Shown: piece after piece, positions 34,123 through 44,594 of the stretch
Layout of the letters: every line of letters begins with the position of its first letter
Position numbering within the stretch: the first letter of the stretch is position 1
IMG/VR virus record: IMGVR_UViG_3300021181_000006
Span: 96,001 to 160,000 of that record
Direction: 5' to 3' (one strand)
Length of the DNA stretch: 64,000 nt
Source: a virus
The notes under the pieces: model-generated
The model's input: only the letters and a program-made list of their open reading frames with translations
Told to the model about the DNA's origin: nothing
The model's database searches: none
Made by a program: the position numbers and the translations under genes

Positions 34123-35154
34123 ATGACACAATACATCAAGCCACATCCTCCTGGAATGACTGATAACGCAGCTATTGGCTTTGTTATTGGGGATACGTGG
34201 CTTGATGTATCGGTGCAGCCATCTGATCTTTATGTTTTAGTTAATATATCTCGTATTGATGCAGTATGGCGTAAGACATCATTCTCTGATAGCGGTGGTG
34301 GTGGAGGCGGCGGCTCGACTAACGTTCCTATTGGCGCTCTTGCCTTTGGTGACGGATTAGAGCCAGCTGGTGTTACTGGTGATCCTGATGGTATCATCTA
34401 CGATGACGAAGATCAGGCCCTCGTATTTCCTAACTTATGGTCTATCGACTTTACTGATTCTATTGGTGGTTCTGCAGGGTTTATAGCTGATGTTGATGAG
34501 TTAACGTTTGTTACTACAAATACCGCTAGCGAGCCTGTACTTGCCATTCAGATTGATATGAATAATGCTTCACCAGCGGTGAATGTATTAATACCATTGG
34601 ATATGACAGCCGCATTTGGAGATAGTGCATTTATTTACTTCCCAGCTCCAGATGGCACTACTGGTGGATTTAACTTCGAATACGATGCAGACGCTCAGGG
34701 AACGCTCACGCTCAATGATGATCTTGGCAATACATATTTTAGATTCAATACATTAGATACGACTATTACGCCAAATGGTCCAACTATTTCGATGGGTGTG
34801 CCGCTGAATTGTCTTCTTGGAGATCCTATTTTTGGATTAACAACAGAAGATAATCGATATTTTCCAACAGTAACAACGCAAACGTATACTATTATACAAT
34901 TTGCCAATACGACACGACAGTTCTCTGAACTGGTAATTCAGCTTGCCTCAGGTACCTGTACCGTGACATTCAAGATTAATAGTGTTTCTATTACTGGTAT
35001 GACCAATATAGCAGTTACTAGCGTTCAAGGATTCCATGCAGGAGTCAACGGAGTAGATAATGTTTTATCTGCTGGTGATAAACTGACCATGGTAGTTACT
35101 GCGGCTTCAACTCCAGTGGACCTGAGCTTTTCTCTGCCTGGTTTAACTCAGTAA
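34123..35154 (+). CDS. virion fibre/appendage protein, paralog 1
   Basis: MTQYIKPHPPG N-terminal module, poly-Gly hinge, beta-rich. Confidence 0.65.
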   Translation: MTQYIKPHPPGMTDNAAIGFVIGDTWLDVSVQPSDLYVLVNISRIDAVWRKTSFSDSGGGGGGGSTNVPIGALAFGDGLEPAGVTGDPDGIIYDDEDQALVFPNLWSIDFTDSIGGSAGFIADVDELTFVTTNTASEPVLAIQIDMNNASPAVNVLIPLDMTAAFGDSAFIYFPAPDGTTGGFNFEYDADAQGTLTLNDDLGNTYFRFNTLDTTITPNGPTISMGVPLNCLLGDPIFGLTTEDNRYFPTVTTQTYTIIQFANTTRQFSELVIQLASGTCTVTFKINSVSITGMTNIAVTSVQGFHAGVNGVDNVLSAGDKLTMVVTAASTPVDLSFSLPGLTQ

Positions 35155-35162
35155 GGTGACAT

Positions 35163-35438
35163 ATGAAACATAAGAAAATTCAATTACCTACGCCTAAGGA
35201 AGCACCTACACCTGCAGTAGTAGCAGCTCGGCGTACTCAATGGCTCATGGAACATCAGACTAAAACCAATACAAAGCTAGCCAGTAATAATGCTCCTGTA
35301 GTCTGTGTCGTGCATACCGAGCCAGACCTTGGACAAATGAATATCGATGGCACTATCATGAATTTCACCAAAGGCGCACAAATAACTTTAAAGCGTAAGT
35401 ATGCATCCAGACTCCATCGCTTTGTGACTATTAAGTAA
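35163..35438 (+). CDS. hypothetical protein
   Basis: taaggtg SD. Confidence 0.7.
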   Translation: MKHKKIQLPTPKEAPTPAVVAARRTQWLMEHQTKTNTKLASNNAPVVCVVHTEPDLGQMNIDGTIMNFTKGAQITLKRKYASRLHRFVTIK

Positions 35439-35448
35439 AGAAATACCA

Positions 35449-36729
35449 ATGACACAATACGTTAAACCGCATCCTCCTGGTAAAACAGATAACACCGTTC
35501 TCGGCTTTATTGTTGGAGATGAATGGCTTGACGTATCCGTACAGCCAGCTGACCAGTATGTCCTGGTGAATACCTCACGGGTCGATGGGGTATGGCGTAA
35601 AGTGTCATTTACTGATGGCGTTTCTGGCGTTGCATCGCTGAATGCATTAACTGGCGCTCTTACATTAGTAGCCGGTAGTAATATTACTATTACTCCATCT
35701 GGAACTAATATCACTATTGCTTCTTCTGGTGGAGGAAGTGGTGGTAGTACCAATGTTCCTGCCAATGCTTTAGCATTTGGCGATGGATTAAGTACTCCGG
35801 GAGTCACAGGTGATCCTAATATCGCCTATACCGGTGAAGGCTTTAGTTTAGCTAACGGATATACGATTGGTTTCGATGATACCGTAGGTGGTGTTTCTGG
35901 TATCGGAACTAGTAGTGATGCATTAATTCTTTATACGACAAACACAACACAAGTAGCCTCAGCAGCGCTGACTATTGATCTTAATAATGATACGCCTAAC
36001 GCTACATTCTCTATTCCAGTAAAATCTTCGCTTATCACACTGAATGGTGGCTCCGCTACGGTGGTGTGGAATGATATCGATGGTAGAGATCCATCGTATA
36101 CAGCATTTGTATCTGGCGCATGGACGATTTTCTCAACCCAAAGTTCCATGAATGTCATGACTGTTGACTTTGATGGTAGACTAAACCTTTTTGGCCCAAC
36201 TGGACTTCAGGGTCTGTACGCTTCACAAGGAAATTTAATACTGGATGCCTCTGGTGCTAGAGTCAATATTAGTGGTACTGGAAACGTTACTGTCACTGGT
36301 ATTTTACAAGCCTCATCCGATGCCACCTATGATATAGGAACATCTGGGGCTAATAGATTTAATAATCTCTGGCTGGCTGGTAATATTAGCATTGATGGCG
36401 GTGGCATTACTGGCCTTATCGAGCAGATCCCAGGTCTTATTGAGAGTCCTGTCGCTAAAACTTACTTTATTATTCTCTCGAATGTTGTTCCTTTAGCTAT
36501 TAATAATATCACTATTCAAGCGGTTTCTGGCGGAACATGCACAGCATCACTGCAAATTAACAGCACGAGCATTACTGGACTCGATTCTATGGCGGTATCC
36601 GTAACGCCTCAGACCATTACTGCAACAGGCTTAAATACTATGGTAGCTGGCGATATCCTTTCATTAGTAGTAACGTCGCCTTCGAGTCCTCAGGATATGG
36701 CTTTCGTCATTCAGACTACGAGAAGCTAA
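35449..36729 (+). CDS. virion fibre/appendage protein, paralog 2
   Basis: same N module, VASLNALTGALTLVAG repeat, C-terminal domain shared with 34123. Confidence 0.65.
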   Translation: MTQYVKPHPPGKTDNTVLGFIVGDEWLDVSVQPADQYVLVNTSRVDGVWRKVSFTDGVSGVASLNALTGALTLVAGSNITITPSGTNITIASSGGGSGGSTNVPANALAFGDGLSTPGVTGDPNIAYTGEGFSLANGYTIGFDDTVGGVSGIGTSSDALILYTTNTTQVASAALTIDLNNDTPNATFSIPVKSSLITLNGGSATVVWNDIDGRDPSYTAFVSGAWTIFSTQSSMNVMTVDFDGRLNLFGPTGLQGLYASQGNLILDASGARVNISGTGNVTVTGILQASSDATYDIGTSGANRFNNLWLAGNISIDGGGITGLIEQIPGLIESPVAKTYFIILSNVVPLAINNITIQAVSGGTCTASLQINSTSITGLDSMAVSVTPQTITATGLNTMVAGDILSLVVTSPSSPQDMAFVIQTTRS

Positions 36730-39614
36730 TGGCCTGGATTCATCAAAAACCTGATGCGAATGGGCTTCAGCGTGATGCGAGCTTTCACGACTTAGCGCAG
36801 ATGCCTATTACGAATGCACATGGTCGCATGACCTCTGCGTTTGATCCATCCAGTAATACTATTACTCCTTGCGGAACTCTTCGCCAGAGAGTGATGCATA
36901 TTGGCGTTGAATCGCATGAATTATTTCTTATTGAGTCTGTTTCACAGAATATTATGGCTGCTGGATCCAGTGATAGCTGGGTAAATCCTTGCTGGAATAC
37001 TGTCAATAACTGTACCTGCGCTCAGGATGGAACTGATCCGGGTGGTCTGCCTACATTTATTCTGACTCCTACGACCACGAATGGAACGCATTATTACGGA
37101 CAGACTATTCCATTCCCAGCTGGTGCCAATGTTATCTCATTCTACGTAAAAGCGAATGGTTATACAGGTGTAGCCATCGGTATGTGGGATAATAACAATA
37201 GCACTTATCAACAAGGTTTTCTTGATCTGACGACAGGTCAAGATACAGGCGCTGGTACCGCTATGTATGCAGAAAGCCTGGATGGTGGATGGTATCGTGT
37301 CTGGTGCTCACGTACCTGGGCATCTGGGGCAAGTAATGACAGTAATTTTAGTATTAATATAGGACAAAATGCCGGTACATATACGTATGCTGGAGATGGT
37401 ATTTCTGGCATCCTCGTAACACAACCGGCGGTTGAGACCGGGTTAACGAAACCGACATCATGGATTAGTGGGCGCAATGCAGTCATCCATAGTACTGATG
37501 TGAGTGATGCTTCATGGGGTCCGAGTAATCTCACGGTTACGGCTAACCAAGCAGTGGATCCTATCAGTGGATTGATGACAGCAGCATTGTTGACAGAGAA
37601 TACTGCTTCTGCTGCTCATTTTATGACTCAATCTATTACTACTATCAATGGTCTCTATATTTGTCATAGTGCTTATTATAAGCCAACCGGCAGAACATGG
37701 TTACTGCTGAATAATGGTCCAACATCGAATGGATGTTGGTTTAATTGTACTGGGGCAGGTACTGTCGGTAGCCCGAATGGGATTATTAGTTCATCTGGTA
37801 TTGTAGCGCTCACAGGACCATTAGCTGGCTGGTATCGTTGTTGGTTTGTATCACAAGCTGGATCGTCAAATAATGCCCAGGTGTACACTTCCACTGGAGA
37901 TACGGTCTATACCTATCTTGGTACTGGTATATCATGTGGGTATTTAGCGAATATCCAGGTAGAGCCAGTTGGTCTGAATATTACTCCATATCCTGATTCG
38001 GCTAACTTAATCCTTGATGCGGCGAATCTTGCAGATGCGACCCATTGGAATGGTGGAGCTATTATTGGAGTCTCATCATTCGTTACCGATCCACGTGGTG
38101 GAACCGATGCTTTTACGATTACGAATGGTGCTGGTGGTATTTATGATGCTTTATTTCAATCTATTACGACATTACCGAATAATGGTCCAGTTTTAATATC
38201 ATTTTATATTAAGCATGGTAATACGACGGCATCTGCTATACAAATTTATGATACAACAGCGAATACTGGTCGTGGCATATTAGAGGTCGTATGGACAGGC
38301 AATCTTATTACTGCTATTAATACATTAGGCAGTAATCTTGTCCCATTAGGATGTGGATATATTGCGTTGCAAAATGGCTGGTATCGGGTCATGGCGTTGT
38401 CTGCTAATGGGATTATTGCTAGCAATGCCAATGGTATTTATATTTATCCTGGTCAACCTGGCGTACAGAGCGCTGGAAACTTCTGTTACGGTTATGGTCC
38501 TCAGGTTACAGCACTAGCTCCTACTGCCTATTGGGGAGTAAATGGTACGGTAGGCGGTAGGGATACTGAAGATGTATACGCTGATATTAGCTCGATTTCA
38601 GATACACGTGTGAATTATTTAGGATGTTCTGAGCAGTTCGATAATGGTGGTAACTGGATCTATAACAATACGAGTATAAGTGCTAACGCTGGTACGGATC
38701 CTAATGGCAATATGTATGCTGATGATCTGGTCGAAACGGGAACCAGCGTACTCCAATACTATGTGGCAACTTCTGCTCCGGTTGGATCTGCTGGTAACTG
38801 GGTATTTTTGTGTCGTATCAAGCCTACGGGTCGAACATGGTGTACACTACAGATGTATGATACTGGTATTAACCAGACAGTTGGTAACTACTTCGGTTTG
38901 ACTGGTAGTGGAATTGTCGGAGTACCTGCAGGTAATACACCAAATAATGCCACTATTACTGGTCCAGACAGCGAGGGATACTATCGCTGTGCCCTGTTCG
39001 TGACTTTAATCGGCTCCGCTTACGCGCTCATTGTTACTGCCATATCAAACGGTGTGCAAAACGCGACTGGATTAAACGCATCAGCCCTTCGTCTGTTCGG
39101 CGCTCAGCTCGTTCCTGGTACGGTGGATCCTGGTAACGCTGGATACTTACCGACACAAAGTGCAGTGACCTCACCTCAAACGGGCCTGAGTACTACTGGT
39201 GGCAGTATGGTTGCCGTAGGTATTCCATATACAGGATATGCTAATAGTGGCAATTACTATAGTCATGTTGGTAATGCCAATTTCGTCATGGATGGATCTG
39301 GTGGTGGTCAGATGTACCGTAATGTCAACGCCGGTTCTCCTATTAGCCAGACGGTTGATGTCATCAATATGGCTATTCTGACATGGAGCGTGAAAGATGA
39401 TATTGTCATATTATACGCTGGCGGTTTACATATTAATTCAGCAGTAGTAGGACAGGCAAACTGTCCTCTGAGCGCCAATGTTCAGGGAATCCCTATTGGA
39501 TCACTCTTTGGAGCGAGTAATTATAATGGATGGGTATGGCTTGGTTATTTCCATAACCGGGTGCTCTATCCATCCGAATGTATCACCCTTGCCAAAGCCT
39601 TAGAAAACGCGTAA
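36729..39614 (+). CDS. large fibre protein with repeated carbohydrate-binding-like beta-sandwich domains (head-spike-fibre-like)
   Basis: four repeats of N....S....W....DP.G...A..L.E...S.Y.K..G.......GWYR. Confidence 0.65.
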   Translation: MAWIHQKPDANGLQRDASFHDLAQMPITNAHGRMTSAFDPSSNTITPCGTLRQRVMHIGVESHELFLIESVSQNIMAAGSSDSWVNPCWNTVNNCTCAQDGTDPGGLPTFILTPTTTNGTHYYGQTIPFPAGANVISFYVKANGYTGVAIGMWDNNNSTYQQGFLDLTTGQDTGAGTAMYAESLDGGWYRVWCSRTWASGASNDSNFSINIGQNAGTYTYAGDGISGILVTQPAVETGLTKPTSWISGRNAVIHSTDVSDASWGPSNLTVTANQAVDPISGLMTAALLTENTASAAHFMTQSITTINGLYICHSAYYKPTGRTWLLLNNGPTSNGCWFNCTGAGTVGSPNGIISSSGIVALTGPLAGWYRCWFVSQAGSSNNAQVYTSTGDTVYTYLGTGISCGYLANIQVEPVGLNITPYPDSANLILDAANLADATHWNGGAIIGVSSFVTDPRGGTDAFTITNGAGGIYDALFQSITTLPNNGPVLISFYIKHGNTTASAIQIYDTTANTGRGILEVVWTGNLITAINTLGSNLVPLGCGYIALQNGWYRVMALSANGIIASNANGIYIYPGQPGVQSAGNFCYGYGPQVTALAPTAYWGVNGTVGGRDTEDVYADISSISDTRVNYLGCSEQFDNGGNWIYNNTSISANAGTDPNGNMYADDLVETGTSVLQYYVATSAPVGSAGNWVFLCRIKPTGRTWCTLQMYDTGINQTVGNYFGLTGSGIVGVPAGNTPNNATITGPDSEGYYRCALFVTLIGSAYALIVTAISNGVQNATGLNASALRLFGAQLVPGTVDPGNAGYLPTQSAVTSPQTGLSTTGGSMVAVGIPYTGYANSGNYYSHVGNANFVMDGSGGGQMYRNVNAGSPISQTVDVINMAILTWSVKDDIVILYAGGLHINSAVVGQANCPLSANVQGIPIGSLFGASNYNGWVWLGYFHNRVLYPSECITLAKALENA

Positions 39615-39640
39615 TATAATCAACCATCCTAGGAAAATAT

Positions 39641-40225
39641 ATGGCCCAATACATTAAAAATCATCCTCCCGGTGCGGCAGATAATGCGAAGCTTGGCTTC
39701 GTTGCTGGCGACCAGTGGATGGATACATCAGTAACTCCTGCTGATCTGTATCAGCTGAGTAATACTTCACAGAATGCGGCCTCATGGCGCAAAGATTCCT
39801 TTTCTGATAATCTGATCGTTGCCACAGCTGATTCAGCGGTAGTAGGTACTTCAGCTCCAGTGGCTGATGCCATCCTTGTGCTGAATGCTCCTGCTAGTAA
39901 GCATGTTGATATTCAGATTCTGGCATGGTTTAAGGGTTCTGCTGCAGGAAACGTCCTCTTGAACTTTGGCCTGCCTTCAGGCGCTACAGTGCGCTTCAGC
40001 TCAGAGGCAGTTCTGACTGGTAGTACCTATGCTGCTGCACTGTCAACTGGTGGTAATGCGACTCTGACTGTTCCAGCTGCTTCTGCGTATACGCTGTATC
40101 GTATCTTTGCCAGCGTAACGATGTCTACGACATCTGGCACCGTGAGTTTCGAATGGGGTTCTGATGGAAGCTCAGCTACCATTACTCGTGGTGCTGGTTC
40201 GCGTATGACTTACGATATCGCCTAA
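39641..40225 (+). CDS. virion appendage protein, paralog 3 (shares N module only)
   Basis: MAQYIKNHPPG...GFVAGDQW.D.SV.PAD.Y.L.N.S...A.WRKDSFSD. Confidence 0.65.
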   Translation: MAQYIKNHPPGAADNAKLGFVAGDQWMDTSVTPADLYQLSNTSQNAASWRKDSFSDNLIVATADSAVVGTSAPVADAILVLNAPASKHVDIQILAWFKGSAAGNVLLNFGLPSGATVRFSSEAVLTGSTYAAALSTGGNATLTVPAASAYTLYRIFASVTMSTTSGTVSFEWGSDGSSATITRGAGSRMTYDIA

Positions 40226-40243
40226 TAGTAGTAGTAAATAAAT

Positions 40244-40280
40244 AATAACCTGTCATGGTATAAAGCTATGACAGGTTATT
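40244..40280. terminator. long hairpin, bidirectional terminator-like
   Basis: aataacctgtcat...atgacaggttatt. Confidence 0.6.
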
Positions 40281-40300
40281 TCGTATCATAATGGAATTAT

Positions 40301-40546
40301 ATGCCATCTTTGCCTCCTAAGAAAGTTATTAAACTTTCTGGTGATCTTTCCCTACGGACTCCTGATATCACACCAAATACGCTATATGACATGCGTGACG
40401 TGACTCATGTGAGTTCGTTTACTATTGGTAAGTTCGTTCCACACATGGATTCGGTTCGTATCACGAATGTTTCAAGAAACATTCGTGATATCTTTCATGT
40501 TCTGAGAATGGATCACATAATTACTGTTGAACCAAGCGCCTTCTAG
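40301..40546 (+). CDS. STAS-like (anti-sigma antagonist-like) small protein
   Basis: YDMRDVTHVSSFTIG...VRITNVSRNIRDIFHVLRMDHII. Confidence 0.55.
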   Translation: MPSLPPKKVIKLSGDLSLRTPDITPNTLYDMRDVTHVSSFTIGKFVPHMDSVRITNVSRNIRDIFHVLRMDHIITVEPSAF

Positions 40547-40578
40547 CGTATCATTGCGCTCCTCAGCAGGAGCGAATT

Positions 40579-40857
40579 ATGATATGTTTTACGTGCTTAA
40601 AAGCTATTACTAACGGCGAAGTCTACTACACAGCAACGGCACAATGTGCGTTGCCAGAGAGTATTCCCGATAAACATAAAGCCTATTCACAGGGACTCCT
40701 CGTGAATCGCCTGAAAGACTATCGTCCTTTTCATATCTGCCTCGGCTGTAGTAAAGCTACTAAAAAAGAATTTGTGAAGCCGAAGCCTGTAAAACGTTTC
40801 TTAGGTAAAAATGAAGATATCACCGCATGCACGATTGCGACTGCGGCAAAGGTTTAA
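40579..40857 (+). CDS. Cys-rich hypothetical protein
   Basis: CFTC...HICLGC. Confidence 0.65.
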   Translation: MICFTCLKAITNGEVYYTATAQCALPESIPDKHKAYSQGLLVNRLKDYRPFHICLGCSKATKKEFVKPKPVKRFLGKNEDITACTIATAAKV

Positions 40858-41062
40858 TCTCCATGAACATGTAGATCAAACCATTGTCTACAGAGTCGCC
40901 CACTCTCATTTATTAAAAGCTAAAGATCTTTATGAGATAGGCTCACAGTATCGTATGGGATACACCTATCTCGCTTATGAAGACATGATTCTCATATGTA
41001 AAAACGACACCCTAACCAGCGTACTCTATAATAAAAGGATGCCATATGGCTCAAAAGATTAA
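40811..41062 (+). CDS. hypothetical protein, possibly DUF4258/RelE-like fold
   Basis: ISPHARLRLRQR...LTSVL. Confidence 0.45.
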   Translation: MKISPHARLRLRQRFNLHEHVDQTIVYRVAHSHLLKAKDLYEIGSQYRMGYTYLAYEDMILICKNDTLTSVLYNKRMPYGSKD

Positions 41063-41255
41063 GATCTTCACCAAGGAACTCGGAACTCAAGGACAGAGTC
41101 TTGAAGATCAGTTTAACAACTGGACTGAAACCGTAGATATACAAGTATTATCAACGCAATTTCTATCATTTAATAAGCTGAATACAGACAATTCTATCGA
41201 CAAGCAGTACATTTCGCTTACGGTGTTGTATTTTCCCGTTGCTCAACCTGCATGA
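41046..41255 (+). CDS. hypothetical protein
   Basis: aagga SD. Confidence 0.7.
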   Translation: MAQKIKIFTKELGTQGQSLEDQFNNWTETVDIQVLSTQFLSFNKLNTDNSIDKQYISLTVLYFPVAQPA

Positions 41256-41457
41256 GATGATCCAAGATGCTCCAGCATCATGGATCATCTCAGACGCGTT
41301 AATCGAACTTTATGGATTCCCATCACTCGCTAGATGGGGTATTCATACGATAGCCGATCTCAAAAAATATCACCAACATGAGTTGAAAACATTAACTGGC
41401 ATGCCAAAGCAGACCTATCAACAGATCATTGTAGGACTCAAAAGACTCTATGGATGA
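41239..41457 (+). CDS. stand-alone RNA polymerase alpha-CTD-like protein
   Basis: LARWGIHTIADLKKYHQHELKTLTGMPKQTYQQI resembles the alpha-CTD pattern I.YIGDLV......LL..PNLGKKSLTEI. Confidence 0.55.
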   Translation: MLNLHEMIQDAPASWIISDALIELYGFPSLARWGIHTIADLKKYHQHELKTLTGMPKQTYQQIIVGLKRLYG

Positions 41458-41965
41458 GCTACATGTAGCGATTGAAAGCAGCTTTACTATTCCGTCATAT
41501 ATGCGCCAATTGATGGTACAGTATGCTGATGAAATTTTATATAAAGATAACTGGTATTATCTCAAATTCATGAATGCGAGTGTCTATCCAGTAGATGTAA
41601 CGATTATGGAATTTATTAAGATACATAATTATTCATACCAGCTCAAAGCCATACGCGTGAAGCGTACTTATAATAATGTCAATAATACTACGATGACTAT
41701 TGATGAAATAGGTCCATATGGTAGTTTTCCAGTGCCACTGACAGTAAATATGCCGAGTATACAGATGGATGGTGCGAGGTATGATCTTATGACAGGCTCA
41801 TTAGCATCAGAGACCAAAGAACTGATCCATATGAAAGAGAAAATGAATATACCTTTAAAAGATGACGAATATCTTTCATGCCGTATCATGCGAATACAAT
41901 CCATGAAAAATGGATCCTATACTCATTCAGAATCTCCTTGTTATTTCGATTTTATTAACCCATAA
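41450..41965 (+). CDS. hypothetical protein (MKEKMNIPLKDDE motif)
   Basis: 171 aa ORF. Confidence 0.7.
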   Translation: MDELHVAIESSFTIPSYMRQLMVQYADEILYKDNWYYLKFMNASVYPVDVTIMEFIKIHNYSYQLKAIRVKRTYNNVNNTTMTIDEIGPYGSFPVPLTVNMPSIQMDGARYDLMTGSLASETKELIHMKEKMNIPLKDDEYLSCRIMRIQSMKNGSYTHSESPCYFDFINP

Positions 41966-42137
41966 TCGTGTCAACACCACACGATATTATTCTCTCCCAA
42001 TGGCCCAGGCAACGCCTCAGATCGAAAAAGAAATCACGGCCACCACCAAGTATATCAGTACCATTAAATGGTCACCACGAGCCTAGGATTGACATCATTC
42101 CCATTGTGCTCAAGGTATACACACCTAGGAAATAAGT

Positions 42138-42689
42138 ATGTTAAACAATGTAGATATTAATGACTGGATTGAACAGAATGCCTATAAGCAAGAGCACTCT
42201 CTCTCTAGTAATAGTAATGTAGGTGCTCTTAGCTCGTACCAAGTGACTCATACTTGGAGTACTCAGAATAATCCTAATCTTCTTCAGGGTCCGCAACAGC
42301 AGCTCATGACTCTTTTGGGTCAGCCATGGGGTCAGCCAGGACTCGGATTGCCGTATGGTGGAGTATACCCAAGTGGAGTATATCCAACTACTAATTTCCC
42401 AGTTACTACTCAGGAGCATCGTGATCAGTCTCAGGATGAATTCAAAGAGCCTTTAGAAGCTTTCTATCAAGAATCCATCGATGCTATCTTCAAACTTCAG
42501 GATCTTCTGACCAAGATGGAAGATGAGTTACAACTCCATGCAGTCATGAGAACCATACCGAAGTTCGATCTCTTTATTCGTATTGAAGCTATTAAAGCCA
42601 TGATTGAAGATAGGCGCGAGCAGCTCCTATTACATTATAACTCTCAGTTAATCGCCGCTAAAGAATTCTACGAAGGAAAAATTAAGTGA
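42138..42689 (+). CDS. hypothetical protein, Q/P/G low-complexity then coiled coil
   Basis: agga SD. Confidence 0.75.
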   Translation: MLNNVDINDWIEQNAYKQEHSLSSNSNVGALSSYQVTHTWSTQNNPNLLQGPQQQLMTLLGQPWGQPGLGLPYGGVYPSGVYPTTNFPVTTQEHRDQSQDEFKEPLEAFYQESIDAIFKLQDLLTKMEDELQLHAVMRTIPKFDLFIRIEAIKAMIEDRREQLLLHYNSQLIAAKEFYEGKIK

Positions 42690-43525
42690 AGGCGTATAAA
42701 GATCTTTTACAACACATTATTACTCACGGAACCCCATCTGATGATCGTACTGGAACCGGTACGATCTCGGTGTTTGGGTACCAGAATCGCTATAATCTCG
42801 CTGATGGTTTCCCGTTACTCACAACAAAAAAAGTACCGTTTAGACTGGTGATTTCAGAGTTACTCTGGTTCTTGAGTGGTAATACTGACGCTCAATCTCT
42901 TCAAGAACAAGATAATCATATATGGGATGAATGGGCTACTAAAGAACAGTGCGCTAAATTTGGTAGGGAAGCAGGAGATTTAGGCCCTATCTATGGACAC
43001 CAATGGCGTAACTTTGCACAAACCTATGACGAGGAAGGTGTAGATCAGATACAATGGCTCATTCATGAGATTCATAAGAATCCTAATAGCCGTCGTCTTA
43101 TTGTGACGGGATGGAATCCCAAGGAACAAGATCAAGTGGCTCTTCCTCCATGCCATACCATGTTCCAGTTTTATGTTCGTAACGGCAAAATCAGTTGTCA
43201 GCTCTATCAACGTTCTGCAGATAGCTTCTTAGGAGTACCGTTTAATATCGCTAGTTACGCTCTCCTCACGCACATGATCGCTCATGTCTGTAACCTCGAA
43301 GTTGGTGAATTCATCCATAGCTTTGGAGATCTTCACATCTACAATAACCATAGAACACAGGTTGATCTGCTTTTAAGCAGAGAGCCGATGAAGTTACCGA
43401 CTATTGTGCTGAATCATGCTCTCAAAGGCAGCGGATTCGATGGTCTTATGCGATTTAAACCAGAGGATGTGATTCTATGCAACTATCTCAGCCATCCAGC
43501 CATCAAAGCGCCGGTATCAGTATAG
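42686..43525 (+). CDS. thyA: thymidylate synthase
   Basis: [69 protein letters not shown]. Confidence 0.98.
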   Translation: MKAYKDLLQHIITHGTPSDDRTGTGTISVFGYQNRYNLADGFPLLTTKKVPFRLVISELLWFLSGNTDAQSLQEQDNHIWDEWATKEQCAKFGREAGDLGPIYGHQWRNFAQTYDEEGVDQIQWLIHEIHKNPNSRRLIVTGWNPKEQDQVALPPCHTMFQFYVRNGKISCQLYQRSADSFLGVPFNIASYALLTHMIAHVCNLEVGEFIHSFGDLHIYNNHRTQVDLLLSREPMKLPTIVLNHALKGSGFDGLMRFKPEDVILCNYLSHPAIKAPVSV

Positions 43526-44049
43526 GTAGTAGATTTTTTCTTGATACAAATACTGCACTTGTGGATGATATTTTAGAGTACATTCTAGAAGCCGGTGAAG
43601 AAAACTATCAAGAATTTATGCTGAGTCAGTATAAATCACAACATACTGATATAGTATTACTCATAGAAGAGCATCACTTCTTTAATAATTGTCACCCATA
43701 TCAATCAGCTTTACTGTTACGCGCACAACGTGATCAAGAATATTGTCGCGGTCATAAAAAATTACATATCCACATTCACGATGATAAAGATGAGATATGT
43801 ACTACTCTCAGAAGAAAACCATTAGTAACTTTATTTCCAGCATTCATAGAAATGGTTAAAAGTAATATTTCGCTCAAAAAGACTCTTGGCTTAGATGATA
43901 CTATTAAACTCATACATCGTTTTGAGTATGTGAAGTTTGCAGCCATCGCAGATACCTGTGGAGAATGCTATATCATGTTTAATGCTAATTGCGAACATCC
44001 ATGCAAGGATACTGAGATTATCTATATCAGAGATATATGTCAAATATGA
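43477..44049 (+). CDS. hypothetical protein, paralog of 44037
   Basis: ILEYIL...LIEEHH...FAAIADT.G..YI.F. Confidence 0.7.
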   Translation: MQLSQPSSHQSAGISIGSRFFLDTNTALVDDILEYILEAGEENYQEFMLSQYKSQHTDIVLLIEEHHFFNNCHPYQSALLLRAQRDQEYCRGHKKLHIHIHDDKDEICTTLRRKPLVTLFPAFIEMVKSNISLKKTLGLDDTIKLIHRFEYVKFAAIADTCGECYIMFNANCEHPCKDTEIIYIRDICQI

Positions 44050-44594
44050 TCTCAATAGATTGCTCTCTCGATGCTAAAAGCGATCTTTGCACAGAAATAT
44101 TAGACCACGTCATTGATACTGAACGTCTCAGCTACATAAAATATTTGCATGAAGAACTCCATGTGGAGCCTCAATATGCTGATGATCTCGTCTATCTTGT
44201 AGAAAATCATCATCTTGAAAAGATACGGCATATCTACTTAACGGCATGGCTATGTAAGGCGATGCATCAGCAAGTATTTACTTTAGAAGCTGACTTTAGC
44301 ATCGTCATATGGAATAGCCCAGGTGGTTATGTTCAGGTGAGCGTGAATGACAAAAAGTTCAGGGATTCTCTCTTTATCTTTCTTCGATATATGAAAGAAC
44401 AGATTCAGGTGAAGTATGAGATGCGTATTATGGATACCGTGTCAATAACTATGCATGAACCAATGAGCCAGATCTATTTCGCCGCTATTGTCAATACGTC
44501 TGGTAGAGGGTATATCTTCTTTAGTGGAAGAGTATATACCGCGCAAAGAGACACCCAAGTACTTTATATAGAGAATCTATGCTCACTGGTATAG
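44037..44594 (+). CDS. hypothetical protein, paralog of 43477
   Basis: ILDHVI...LVENHH...FAAIVNT.G..YI.F. Confidence 0.7.
   Translation: MSNMISIDCSLDAKSDLCTEILDHVIDTERLSYIKYLHEELHVEPQYADDLVYLVENHHLEKIRHIYLTAWLCKAMHQQVFTLEADFSIVIWNSPGGYVQVSVNDKKFRDSLFIFLRYMKEQIQVKYEMRIMDTVSITMHEPMSQIYFAAIVNTSGRGYIFFSGRVYTAQRDTQVLYIENLCSLV

Noticed and set aside
34123-40225. Diversity-generating retroelement (TR/VR) behind the fibre paralogs
   Set aside because: No reverse transcriptase in the window; differences between the paralogs are synonymous and general rather than adenine-specific.
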